Assembly: GCA_002104905.1 (NCBI GenBank) | Contig: MCFE01000084.1 | Span: 1-64,000, forward strand | DNA length: 64,000 bases | Direction: 5' to 3' | From: Basidiobolus meristosporus CBS 931.73 | Lineage: Eukaryota; Fungi; Basidiobolomycota | Shown here: positions 34,757 through 46,879 of the stretch, piece by piece | Layout: the number at the start of each line of letters is the position of its first letter | How positions within the stretch are numbered: the first letter of the stretch is position 1 | Notes under the pieces: generated by a model | What the model saw: the letters and a program-made list of their open reading frames with translations, nothing else | The model's database searches: none | What the model was told of the DNA's origin: nothing | Program-made: the position numbers and the translations under genes

Positions 34757-35452
34757 TGTTGTGCATCAACATTTAAAACTTAGCCTATTTTACTCCATTA
34801 GAAAATGTTGTACCCTAATTGATTTTCCCTAACTCAAACGTAACAAATCCTAGTTATAGTTTATTTGTCACTTCTCAGAATCTATTTTTAGCTGTCACAC
34901 TTGATCAATGTTCATGTGGTCATTATGTCCTCAACTGATCTGCTAAGCCTTTCCAAATGATTAGTCATCTGAGATCTATCCAACCACTTAGCAGTTGCAA
35001 AGACATCAGCTGATTAATGATGCAATTTCTTATTTAGCTTATGCACCTATGAGCACCCCAACAGATTTCAATTAGTTCAGTCTCTGCGTGCTTACTGATT
35101 GAACTTGATCAGAAAAATATCAATAAAGTTTACTGAGCCTTTTGGCTTAGTAGTGTCTCAACAAAATTAAGATTGTGCCTTGGTAAAATTAAGAATTCAA
35201 CAATTCCATTCTAGTTTCCACCCAAACCTAGCATATCTAGCATTCCCACAAACACCAAGCCTAGCCTGTATAGCTCACCAACTCTGTTGCCTTAATAGCC
35301 CAACTCAACTATATACAAACCAATATTAGACCAGAACTTCACTGCTAATATTTTTGTCACCCTTGACAATTCTAAGATTCTGCACTTAGTTGCCTTTTAG
35401 GTTCAGTTAACTCATTCAAGAGCTCTATTACACTTTTCTCTTGGATACAACA
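34757..35452. mobile_element. Solo LTR, family K (696 bp), 5-bp TSD CCCAT
   Basis: TGTTGT...ACAACA termini with CCCAT at 34752-56 and 35453-57. Removing it restores the CACTA coding sequence, which is collinear with the copy near 48270. Confidence 0.85.
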
Positions 35453-37980
35453 CCCATCTTATGGTATCAGAGCAAAAATTTGATGGTAGTCTCATTGGTA
35501 TCATGGCATAAATCACTTACCAACATGGATAGCCACCTGTATCTATTGGTAGATTAGTTTTGAATGCTTTTCAATGGGATAACAGTAAATGGCCATCATG
35601 TAAAAGCCCATATTATTATCTGCATTGGAGATACCCCAGCCATCAGCAAGATAGCAGGATTTCTGAGCACAATGGATGACATTGCTGTCATATGTGTGAG
35701 ATCCAAGGGATTTGCTCAATAACCAACACACTTTATCACTGTTATAAATATACACAAGACAGGAGAGTAGGGCTAGGCAAGGCAGGACCAGGAAAAGACT
35801 TAAGTATGGATCAACAAGGCAAGGCAGATTTCCAATGCATGGCTGTTTATTCAAGCCCTGTGTATATCATACTGAGGAATACATAAGGGGGGATTGAAAT
35901 ATATATACTTTTTAGCAACATGGATGCCAAGAAATATTGGCTAATACTGATGGGGTTTGGGGGTGAGTAACAGTAAGTGTGCCAAGATAGAATATACCAA
36001 AGAACAGACATATATGGCATGGGACTACATAAACTCTAATGGGGAGCTTCCATAAAATTTTCCATTGTGTGATGTTGACTTGGAGCTTTCAAGAAGTTGC
36101 TAGAATGCAATAGAACTTTTCTAGAAGGAACTGGAATTTCTTCACTGACTTGATTTGGCTGGATAATTGGAGACCAGGGATATCATGTGATCATGGCACT
36201 ATTCTCCTCTTTTGAGGGGCTCTCCTCAAACTTTTGGTTTTGGCTTGTTGGGGTATGTCTGGTAAAATAGCACAACTAGATCTTGGCAGCTTGTTAGGTT
36301 TGCTGCTGGTTCCCAAGTTTGATCATTTGGGCTGTAACACACCTAATATACCAGATAGTGAAGTTGGGATCTGATGTACTTTGAATCCAACACTTGCTGA
36401 ACTTCAAACTCTTGGTGTTTGTCCACTTGGATGGCTGGGGGATTTGCTGCATGCCAGTTGGGTGGAGTACTTTCATGGAATGGTTCTAGGAGGTATACTT
36501 AAAATGTGTTATGAATTTTCATACTTGGTGGCAACTGTAGTTGGTACACAATTGGCCTAAGTTTATTCTCAATCTTGAATGGACCTAGTTTCTTGTAGTC
36601 TAATTAGTCACAAGGGTGGCTGGTAGCAATGTTTCTTCTCAAGAGCCATACTAAATCTCCTTCATTAAGCTTGGGGCTAGGCTGCTGTTTGTTGTCTGCA
36701 AGCTTCTAGTACCCCTCATGGGCTAAGGATAGTTCTTTCATGGGTGTTTCTTGGATTTCTAATATTGTTTAGGCATGTTCAGCTGCTGGGAGGCTCATAG
36801 AGCTGGTTGGGATCTGAATATCAACTTGCGGATGAAAACCATAATTTGCATAGAATGGATTGAGACCTGTTGCACTATGACATGAGTTGTGTAGGAAGAC
36901 TTTGCAAATGGTAGCAGTTGGGTCCAGTTGTCTTGCTGATGGTTAATATAGCACCAGAGGTACTGTTCAAGGATCTGGTTAATTCTCTCTGTCTGGCCAT
37001 CTGATTGTGGATGAAAAGCAGCTGAGTGCTTGAATTGCATGCCAAGATACTGCATGAAGTGTTTCCAGAATTTTGATATGAACTGGGGTCCTCTATCTGA
37101 TACAATGCCACTGGGGATACCATGGAGCTGGAAAATGTTCTTGATTACCAAGTGGGCAGTATCATTAGCATCCATGTTCTTTGAGCAGGGAATGAAGTGA
37201 GCCATCTTGACAAGCCAATCTGCCACTACTAGGATTGAATTGAATTGGTTGGATTCTGGGAGGTTGGTGATGAAGTCCATTGAAATTGACTTCCATTGCT
37301 GGTTGGGGATTGGCAAGGGTTGGAGAAGTCCATATGGCTGGTGTCTAGCAGATTTTACATAGGTACATGTATCACAGGATTGGAGGTACTCCTTGACAAG
37401 AGATATCATCTTTGGCTACCAGAAGTCTCTCTTGATTGCATTCATGGTTTTGGCAGTACAAAAATGTCCTGCAGCATTGAATCATGGCAAGAATGGATGA
37501 TATCCAACTGGGTATCAAGGTCTGGAACAAATAGTTAGTGCTTGTGGTAGATGATGTCATTGATTAGATGTAGGTACTGGAGGTTTGGGAACTTGAGTGG
37601 CAGGTCAGCGGAGGATTTGAGATATTTCTTGATTGTTGTGGCTATGGAACTGGTGGCTTGGCTGGCCTTGACTTACTCAAGGAGTGAGGGAGTAATAATA
37701 CTGGAGGACTGGGTTGCAAGGAGCTCAAAGTGGCTTTTGTTGAGTACTGGGCTTTTCATTTGCTGACAGGCATCATCCCCTTCTTCAAGGGAATACCACA
37801 CTTTTCTGGACAGGGCATCAGGTTTTCCCTGTTTTATGCTTGGTCTATAGGTGATGACAAAATCAGAGCTGGACAGGAAGAGGGTCCATCTGGCTTGTCT
37901 CTGGTTTAGTACTTTTGAGGTGGTAAAGTACTTAAGGTTCTTGTGGTCTCAGAAGATTTTTATCTTTTGGGCTGCACCAT

Positions 37981-40133
37981 TGTAGTGGGGTCACAATGAC
38001 ACCCACTGGCAGATATGCTCATTCCCATACGTTGTGGTGGTGTATAGGTCCAAGGGAGAGATACGTTCAACACTTCTCAAGTGTTTTGTGTGTGGGGTGT
38101 TCACTGGGTGCAATAACCTCTGGCAAAAGCTTGCTAGGAATACTTGGGTTCTGTTTCTAATCTAATGTGAAGGGGAATAAAGCCACAAGCTTGTCAAGGG
38201 AAAACTATTGAGCTACAATCCCCAACTTAGTTGGCGTCTTAACAAAAGTATGTGCTGGGCTCAGCGTCCTTTGAGATGACAATGTACTAAAGCTTCCAAA
38301 GTCAAAACAACGGTAAACTCCACCAGCAGGGACTTGATAAGAATGCAGCTGTGGTCAATAGTCACAAAGACAGAAAAGTATCTTTGCCTGTACAAGAACA
38401 AACTTGGGAAAGAATCAAATATAATAAAAGATACCTACTCTGAGTATTCCTCACAAGTAGTGCTTCCAAGGTCAGTTGGCTGTCAGTGCGGTTTCCTGGG
38501 AGTGTCCTGTGGTCTAGGGTTGGAAATTCAGGTAGCAGCAGGTAGCAGTGATCACACTAATCAACAAGTTGGTATATTGATAAAAGGGATGATGATTTAT
38601 TGTTGAGGGATAGCCTCCCTTTTATACTTTTCTTACTGGCTAGGTGATTACTAATCATGGTGTTCCAGAAGGTTCTGGATATCAATAGAAATCTTAATGA
38701 CATCAGAATGACCTAAGAATGTTCTAAGTAGGTGCCGGAAGGTTCTAAGAGGCACAGCACATCCAACCAATCAGGAATCAGTATTCTGAAACCTGTGTAA
38801 CATGGGGATACCATATATGGTATGGAAATGGTAGGGATGGTGACATGGGTTGATCATGTGTCACGGGTACTGGTGCGGGTACTTGCCTAATATAGAAGTA
38901 CTTATAGCTAGTAATCTTACATAAAGTGAGGGGTAACTTATGTAATAAGGTAAGCAGGTGTGATAGTCAACTGGCTTATGGGATAGTACTGATTGGGTAA
39001 GACAAATGGGATAAAACTAAAATAGGTGTAGTAGAGATATAGGGAAGTAGAAAATAAGGGAATGAGCACATCTGTCAGTGGGTGTCACTGTCACCCCACT
39101 ACAATGTTCACTTCCCTAAAAAAGATTACCCTCCCTATATTAGTATCATCCCAAATTGCAATATTTTCTATCTGTCTATGTGATTATAACTATGCAACCT
39201 GGCAAACTAATTGTCACTATTAACCCATTGCACAAGCTATTCCTATTACTTACCAAGATGCCAAGGCAAGATAGTTACCATATAAGGCAAGTACCCCCAA
39301 CAGTACCTATGTCATGTGACCATCTTGGTCTCCTAACCCTCCTATCCTGCTACCATATGAGGTAACTACATGACACAGAGGTTTCATATTACTACTATCT
39401 GCTTGGCTAGGTGCTACTATGTCTCATGGAACAATCCCCCAAGAATTTGAGCTATTTTTAGTACACAATGACATGATTGGCTGTCTATTACCTTCTGGAA
39501 ACTTCCAGAAAGTATTTTCTAGCAAGAATTTGAGCAGCAAAAACGTAAATAAGGGAGGCTATCCCTCAAAATAAATCATCCCTTTTCCAATATTCCAACT
39601 TATTGATTAGTGAGATCACCGCTACCTTTCACCACTACTTTCTAACTCAGACCTGACAATACTCCCAGGAAACCGCGCTGACAGCCAACTGACCTTGGAA
39701 GCACTACTTGTGAGGAATACTCAACGTAGGTACATTTTATTATATTTGATTGTTTTCCCAAGTTTGTTCATGTACAGGCAAAGATACTTTTCAGTCTTTG
39801 TAACTATTGGTTAAAGCTTCATTCTTATCAAGTCCCTGTTGGTGGAGTTTACAGTTGTTTTGACTTTGGAAGCTTTAGTACATTGTCATCCCAATGGATG
39901 TCAAAGCCATTATAAACTTTTGTTAAGACGCCAACTAAGTTGGGGATTGTAGTTCAATAGTTTTCCCTGGACAAGCTTGAGGCTTTATCCCCCTTCACAT
40001 TAGATTAGACAAAAGACCCAGTATTCCTAGCAAGCTTTTGCCAGAGGTTATTGCACCCAGTGAACACCCCACACACATTCACACTTGAGAAGTGTTGGCT
40101 GAATTTTGCCCTTTGGACTTATACACCACCACA
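37981..40133 (+). mobile_element. Solo LTR, family L (host copy: 37981-38032 plus 39108-40133), inserted in the RNase H of element X, TSD CCAT
   Basis: TGTAGTGGGG...ACCACCACA with CCAT at 37977-80 and 40134-37. Excision rejoins EQWRHYLDG-AAQKIKIF on the minus strand. Confidence 0.88.
38033..39103 (-). mobile_element. Solo LTR, family L, inserted in inverse orientation inside another family-L LTR
   Basis: Full-length reverse-complement match to 30846-31914. Flanks are ACGT (38029-32) and ATGT (39104-07), a 4-bp TSD differing by one CpG-to-TpG change. Confidence 0.88.
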
Positions 40134-42450
40134 CCATCAAGGTAGTGTCTCCATTGTTCAAAGACAACAATAATTGCAAGTAGTTCCTTATCACAGATAT
40201 CATAGTTTACTTCAGCTGGAGTAAATTTCCTGGAGTAGAATGCAATAGGGTGTAGTACATTCTTGTCATTGTATTGGGAAAGGATTGCACCAAGTGCAAA
40301 GTCAGAGACATCAGTTTGTATAATAAAAGGTTTCTCAAGGTCAGCACAGGCAAGCAGGGGAGTGTACAGGAAGGATTTCTTAATGCAATTAAAGGACTTG
40401 GTCTGTTCCTCATTGCAGGCAAATGGAAGATTCTTCTGAGTGAGCTTTGTCAAGGGAGTGACTATCTTGGAGTAGCTGGCAAATCCAAAGAGGGACTGCA
40501 CTCCTCTTACAGAATAGGGAGTTTTCCACAACTGGATGACTTCTACTTTCTTGGGGTCCATTCTTATTCCATTTGAGCTGATAAGATCACCTAAGAACTC
40601 AGCTTCTTTCTGGTGACACTCACATTACTCCAGTTTGGCATATATATCAAATATATATATATATATAGTTTGGTCAAGACTTTGTTGACATGGAAATTAT
40701 GTTCTTATTGGGTCTTGGAGTAGATCAAGATGTCATCAAGGTAGATAACTACAAATTGGTCAAGGTATTCATGGAATATGTCATTAATCAGGTTTTGAAA
40801 GACAGCTAGGGCATTGGTGAGACCAAATGGCATAACTTTATACTCAAAATGACCATATCTTGTTCTGAACGCAGTTTTCTATTCATCACCAGGCTTGATC
40901 CGGACAAGGTTATATGCTCTTCTGAGGTCAATCTTTGTAATTACTTTGGCAGCAGAGAGTTGATCCAACAGGGTGTTGTTCAGGGTTAAAGGGCAACAGT
41001 TCTTGTTTTTGATCTTATTCAGTGCATGGTAGTCTACACACATTCTTAGAGTACCTTCTTTTTTTTTGACAAAGAGGATTGGGGCACCAGCTTAGGCCTT
41101 AGCATGCTGAATAAAACCTTTCTGGAGGTTTTCTTGAATATAGCAATGGAGTTCTTTCAACTTAGGTTGCAAAAGGTTGTAAATAGGGCCAAAAGGTGGG
41201 GTTATTTCTTCTTCAAGGTCAATGGGACAATCTTAAGGTCTATGGGCTGGGATTAGTTTGGCTTTCTTCTTGTCAAAGATATGGGCAAACTCTTGATACT
41301 TGGCAGGTATTCCATTGGAGGGGGTTCCTTCAGTGATGATGGGCTCCTGGACACAAGGCAGGAGAGTAAGGCTAGGCAAAGCAGGACCAGGGAAGGACTT
41401 AAGTATGGATCAACAAGGCAAGGCAGATTTCCAATGCAAGGCTGTTTATTCTGGACCTGTGTGGATCAGACTGAGAAATACATAAGGCAGGATAGGACTA
41501 TATATACTTTTTGGCAACATGGATGTCAAGAGATATTGGCTAAAACTGATGGGGTTCTGGGGGTGAGGCACTGTAAGTGTGCCAAGATAGAATATACTAA
41601 AGAACAGATATATGGCATGGAACTACATAAGTTCTAATGGGAAGCTTCCATAGAATGTTTCTTTGTGTAACATTGACTCAGAGTGTTCAAGAAGTTGCTA
41701 CAATGTAGTAGAACTTTTAGCAGGAACTGGGATCTCTTCACTGACTTAATTTGGCTAGATAGTTGGAGACCAGGGATGTCATGTGATCATGACAATCACT
41801 ACCCAAACACCAATACTAAGAACATTATTATCCCTCATAGAGAGCATACAGAGTAATCATGCAATTGCAGCAGAGTTGACAAACTATAAGCCATTGGCTA
41901 GAATATGGAATCAATTGGAAACCAGAGATACTTAAGATTGAGGGTATTTGTTGGAGCAAAAGCTTTCCACTGAGAGTATTGCACTTGCTTTTGAGCAATA
42001 TCCCTATACTGATGACTAAGTTGTACATGGGGCATTTCTAACTAAATGAGCCCTTTGAGATAGCAGAGATATTTGAAAGAATTGGCAAGATATTACAGAG
42101 TGCCCACTACCCTATGTACTTCTCACAGGATACATTCAAGATTTGTATGCCTATAAAACAGTACAAATGCAAAGACTGGGTGAACCGGAAATGAATTTAT
42201 TTAAGTAATGTTCTGAGGCCATTCCTACCAAGAGTACATTGGAAGCATTGGGAGTCATATGTTGGCATTGTGGGAATATTTATCCAGAAGCGGATCACCA
42301 ATGCCAACTTGATGAATCTACAGCTGTTATGCAACAAGTTTGTAATGGAATTTGAGCAACTATAATACAAACATTAAGCTGAATGCATAGATCTTTGCCA
42401 CTACTGTATCCATTATCTACTCTATCTTGCTTGGTGTGTGGAGAATATTG

Positions 42451-42661
42451 AGCCTTGTTCCATTGTGCCATTGATCATAGTGCCAGAGAGTGCTGTATAT
42501 TTTGTTATTAATTTGATATTTTAGGGTCATATGCATGTCAATTTTGATCCCAAATTGGCACTATATGGCACCATCTGGCACTCTGAGGCATGATCAGGCA
42601 CCATCTGGCATGCTATTGCACTATTGGGCACTATGATCAGCTGGAATGATGGAACAAGTCT
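42451..42661. mobile_element. ~210-bp MITE derived from the PHIS family
   Basis: Left end AGCCTTGTTCCATTG; right end GATGGAACAAGTCT. The interior is packed with GGCAC/GTGCC motifs. The flanks (TTG and AAT) do not form a clean TSD. Confidence 0.65.
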
Positions 42662-42739
42662 AATATTAGTCTTTGTCACCAAGCTACCTTCTATCCAAAG
42701 CTGTTCTTAACCAAGTGGTAATAACTTGACCTACAAGCT

Positions 42740-45700
42740 CTCTCAACTTCCAAGTACAGTCAGCAATAACCCACATAGAGTATAACTTTGCAAGCCTCAT
42801 GGCTGCCTTTGCCCAGCTGTAACAAGACAATGCAGACCTCAGAAACTCTGTTGCTCAGCTTCAGAGCCAAAACACTTAACACCTATCCAGACCCCCTCCT
42901 ACCATGATCCCAAGTTTACATCCACCACCAAGTTGAGTGGCTCCCATAACAAGTGCCAAGGTTTCATCAACATAATCAAACACCACTTGTTGCTACAACC
43001 CAGTTGGTTCCCAACTGATTAGGCAAGAGTTGGTTAGATATCTAACCTGCTCACTGGAACTGCCCAAAAATGGTTCTTTTCCTTGATAGAAACCAACTCC
43101 CCTTTACTCAGTGATTTCAATACCTCCCTCACAGAAGTGGAACTTGCATTTGGCAACATTGATCAAGCCAGAACTGCTGCTAACAAGATCAAGAGCTGGA
43201 AGCAAGGAAACAGACTTGCATCCATGTATGATTCTGGATTCCAGCTACTAGCCAGCAATCAGAGCCTGTGGGATTTGCTGCCCTGATTAGTTAGCTTCAG
43301 GTTAAACTAAATGATGAAGTCAGTTACTTACTACTCACACATCCTGGTCCAATGACCTTGGGTGATACTTTACATCCAGCAATCTAATGGGACAATTAAC
43401 TGTTTCAGAAGAAACCAAAATTCCAATTTAATCATCCACTAACCTCCTTCTCAATAATTCAATCACTCAGTACTAAGCCTGACAATTCTTTGCCAATTGG
43501 CAGTGCCAACTACAAGAAACTCACAAAAGAAGAAAGATATAGATGCCAACAGGTAAACCTCTGCCTCTATTGTGGCCACCCAGACCACTTTGTCAAGCCT
43601 TGTCTGAACAGCAAGTTTAGCTTCAAACTCCTGCAATCATGCCATGAACAGCCATCTCCAGAATTGTTAGGAAACTCTAGCGTTAAGTTTCAATGACAGG
43701 CTTGCAACTGAACCCTGCATTGGAAATTCAATTTATACAAGAAACATCATACACTACAAAGTCAATTCAGTTCTTAAGCATTCTGGCCAACATTCATATC
43801 CCTGAATCCAGCCCTGTTCATGTTCATACCCTCATATATTCTGGTGCTTTCTCCAGGTTCATTGAACAGTCCTATGTCCAGAAGCACAAAATCCTCACAG
43901 TCCTGAAATCTTGTCCTGTCCAAGTAAATGTTATTGATGGAGGATCTGTCTCCTCAGGTGCAGTTACCCATGAGATATGTCTACTTTGGATGTACAGTCC
44001 TGGTCATAATGATACACTATCCTTCAACATCTAAAACTCTCTCCACTACTCTATAGTCCTTGTAAGCTCATAGCTTAGTCACTATAACCCAGCCATCCAC
44101 TGGAAGACCAAAACCCTGACATGCCTCAGAGTCCACCATATTAGCTCTGTGAAAGCACCTGACTCTTCAGGTAAGGAGATATCTATTCCCAAGCTACTCA
44201 GACCCAGGAGCCCATCATCACTGAAGAAATGCTCTCCATTGGAATATCTGCCTAGTATCAAAGGTTTGCATATGCCATTGATAAGAAGACGGCAAAACTA
44301 CTGCTGGCTTATAGACCCTATGATTTTCCCATTGACCTTGAAGAGGGAAAACACCATCTTTGAACCCTGTCTGCAAGCTCTCGCAGCTTTGGCTGAAAGA
44401 GCTCAATACCTTTATCAATTAAAGCCCCCAGACAGGTTACATTTGGTACTTCAAGTTCCCTGCTGGAATCCCAATCCTCTTTGTGAAAAAAAAGGATGGT
44501 ACCCTTAGAATCTATGTAGACTAACATGCAATGTATAAGATCTTAATCAGGATACATTAAACTCTGCTGTTGATCTAGACCCTATTGGAGTAGCACTCAC
44601 ACTGCCAAAGTATCTGCAAAAAACTTCCTTCCAGGAACTTAAAACCTTGTCAGGATCAAGCCAGGCAATGAATGGAAAACTGGTTTCAGAGCAGGATATG
44701 GTCACTTCCAGTGTAAATCTAGGTCATTTGGTCTCACCAATGCCCCAGCAGTCTTTCAATACCTGATAAATGACATATTCCCTGAATGCCTTGGCCAATT
44801 TCTGGTTTTCTACGTTGATTATATCATGATCTACTAAAAGACTCAACATGAACATAATTCTCATGCAAAGAACATTCTGACCAAGCTTGATATTGGTGGC
44901 CTCTATGTCAAATTAGAGAAATGTAAGTTTGACTAGGAAGAAGTTGAATTTCAGTTTATCTTATAAGCTCAAATGGAACAAGAATGGTACCCAGGAAAGT
45001 AGAAGCCAGTTGGTCCTAAAGAACTCCTTGTTCCATAAAAGGAGTGCAATCATCCTTGGTTTTGCTGACATCTGTCATAGATTCATTGCTAACAATCCCA
45101 AGACAGTCACTTCCTTGACAAAGCTCATCCAGAAAAATACGCCCATTGCCTGGAATAAGGGGTAGTCTGAGTCCTTTAACTCCTTCAAGAAATCCTTCTT
45201 GCATGCCCCCCTGTGTGCCCACCCTGACCATGAGACACCTTTCATCATAGAAACATCTAACTTTGTCTTTGGTGCTATCCTTTCCCAATATGATGAAAAG
45301 AATGTGCTACACACTATTGCATTCTACTCTTGGAATTTACCCCAACAGAAGTGAGCTATAATACTTATGACCAGGAACTACTTGCAATCATTGTTGCTGT
45401 TAAATAATGGTGACACTTACTTGATAGTGTAACCTAAAAGATAACAATCATATGTAACTATTGAAATATTGGACTTTTTGGTATCATTCAGCAGCTAAAA
45501 ATTTACTTAACAATTCTAGGCTAGTCTTAGTCACTGTAGGACTCATTTACTGCCTTAACTTTGCCACTTTCTCCAGATATATGATCTTATGATTATTCCC
45601 CTATAGTCAGGATCAAATTAGCACTATTACCAAACATTATGTACTAACCCTGAAACTGTTACAGAATGCTCCTGAATATTGAGAAACCCTCCCTACTTAG

Positions 45701-45890
45701 TGTTGCAGCTGTATTACTTCTACAAAGGTATAAATACTGAGCTTCTTTATGAATAAACAACAGTTCAACTATTATCACTATTCCTTGATAAGTTCCTTGT
45801 ATCCAAATCACTTCTTAAAATTGCAACAGTAACCTAAAGTACTTGACCAGTGACAAGCCAGATGGTCCCTCTTCCTGTCCAGCTTTGACT
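42740..45890 (+). mobile_element. Degenerate Ty3/gypsy internal region (gag-PR-RT-RNase H), related to element X
   Basis: Retrotrans_gag-like ISNLLTGTAQKWF..DFNTSLTEVELAFGNIDQARTAANKIKSWKQG; CLYCGHPDHFVKPC knuckle; protease LIYSGAF (DSGA-like); RT GLTNAPAVFQ; RNase H ETSNFVFGAILSQYD. Many stops. No LTR found. Confidence 0.85.
45459..45828 (+). mobile_element. Solo LTR, family S (370 bp), 5-bp TSD GTAAC
   Basis: T(A)TTGAAATATT...TTGCAACA with GTAAC at 45454-58 and 45829-33. Internal TATAAA and AATAAA. Near-identical inverted copy at 58748-59116. Confidence 0.88.
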
Positions 45891-46879
45891 TTGTCATTGC
45901 CTATAGACCAGGTATAAAACAAGAGAGCCTATGCCTTGTCCAGAAAGTTGTGGCTTTGACTTTGAGAAGGGGACAATGCCTGTTGGGAAATGGAAATCCC
46001 TGTACTCCGCCATAGGTACTCTGAACTCCTTGCAACCCATTATTCCAGTATTTTTGCTCCTTTTACCCTTGCCATAGCCAAGACCAGCAAAGCCATCAGT
46101 GCCACAGCCACAACAAGTAAGAAGTATTACAAGTTTTCTATTGACCCACCACCTAAGTTTCCTGCCAGCTTGCAGAGAGACACAATGCATCTGCCATAGC
46201 TTCCACATCATTCATTGCTAATACAGTGGATATTCCATTGTAATGCCAAGCAACAATATTAAAAATCCAAGAACCATAACAATGTCTTCAGTAAAATTCT
46301 GGAGCAGTAACAGGCAAACAAAGTGGTTGCTAAGTTTCTTTTCAAGAGCAATGTTCAAGAAAAGCCTTTGAATATTGAAAGGATTCAATGCAAGGGCTGG
46401 TTGATGAGGTGTTAGACCCTGCAGTGCCAACTGAAGACTAGAACATATAGAATTCAGTGAAAAACATAACTTAAGGCTGCATGATGCCCACACTAGCTGT
46501 TCACATAGCACATTATGGCAGAGACAGTTTTGAAATTGCATATTTCAATGGAGTTACTTGCTTAGTATGAGGCTAGGCTCAATCATAGTGTGAAGTATAT
46601 GAGCTTGCACTAGTCAGTTTCATCTACAATTGCATAACCAGGATTAGAAAGTGAGAGAGCTAGCAAGAAATCAGTCAGAAGCAACTCAGGGACTCAAGCT
46701 ATGAGAAATAATGACAAAGTTGGCAGTCCAGTATGCTGCATGTCTCTTTCTGCAGTTTTTGCACTGTATCTAATGACATGAATGACACTTAGTTATGGGA
46801 TATAAGCTTTGTGACAGCCTTTCTATGGGATCATCTCATTCATTTTTTAATAAACACAGGGATTTAGTGACACAATTGA

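Larger units (their letters stand above)
35740..41794 (-). mobile_element. Ty3/gypsy chromovirus (element X) with both LTRs, 5-bp TSD ATCAC, and a PBS-gag-protease deletion
   Basis: 3' LTR 35740-36198 preceded by a PPT (36199-36215). Chromodomain EFEVQQVLDSKY..HYLVY*VCY..DQTWEP (~36240-36430). Integrase zinc finger and core (ORF 36795-37409). RNase [48 protein letters not shown] region (~40740). 5' LTR 41351-41794 lacks its last ~12 nt and is fused to pol. ATCAC at 35735-39 and 41795-99. Confidence 0.9.
34250..42450 (+). mobile_element. CACTA/EnSpm (Transposase family tnp2) gene, broken into three pieces by insertions (~34250-34756, 35453-35739, 41795-42450)
   Basis: VLIPACFNSCMAF..KCPDCQE; YIPVIPCLNKL; SCWPLILIILKLPP | ILWYQSKNL..CIGDTPAISKIAGF..HNG*HCCHMCEIQG..TLYH | ..LRPFLPRVHWKHW..FVMEFEQL..HYLLYLAWCVENIEP. 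These are the expected tnp2 motifs in the expected order, rejoined across TSDs. Confidence 0.8.

Noticed and set aside
35462-35473. Perfect TGGTATCAGAGC, the classic tRNA-iMet primer-binding site, just after an LTR
   Set aside because: It lies beyond the CCCAT TSD and is CACTA coding sequence (W-Y-Q-S). The paralogue near 48280 reads TGGTACCAGGGC in the same context.
35686-35739. Alternative left boundary for element X (TGTCAT..) with an apparently CpG-decayed TSD ATTGC/ATCAC
   Set aside because: These bases encode the CACTA CHMCEIQG motif. The boundary at 35740 gives a perfect ATCAC TSD and is preferred.
40651-40667. (TA)n run inside the chromovirus RT
   Set aside because: Short microsatellite expansion in a decayed element; no functional implication.
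42444-42668. Apparent 7-bp duplication AATATTG/AATATTA around the PHIS MITE
   Set aside because: Inconsistent with the 3-bp TSD of the full element. The right flank does not continue the CACTA host, so it is probably a rearranged junction or chance.
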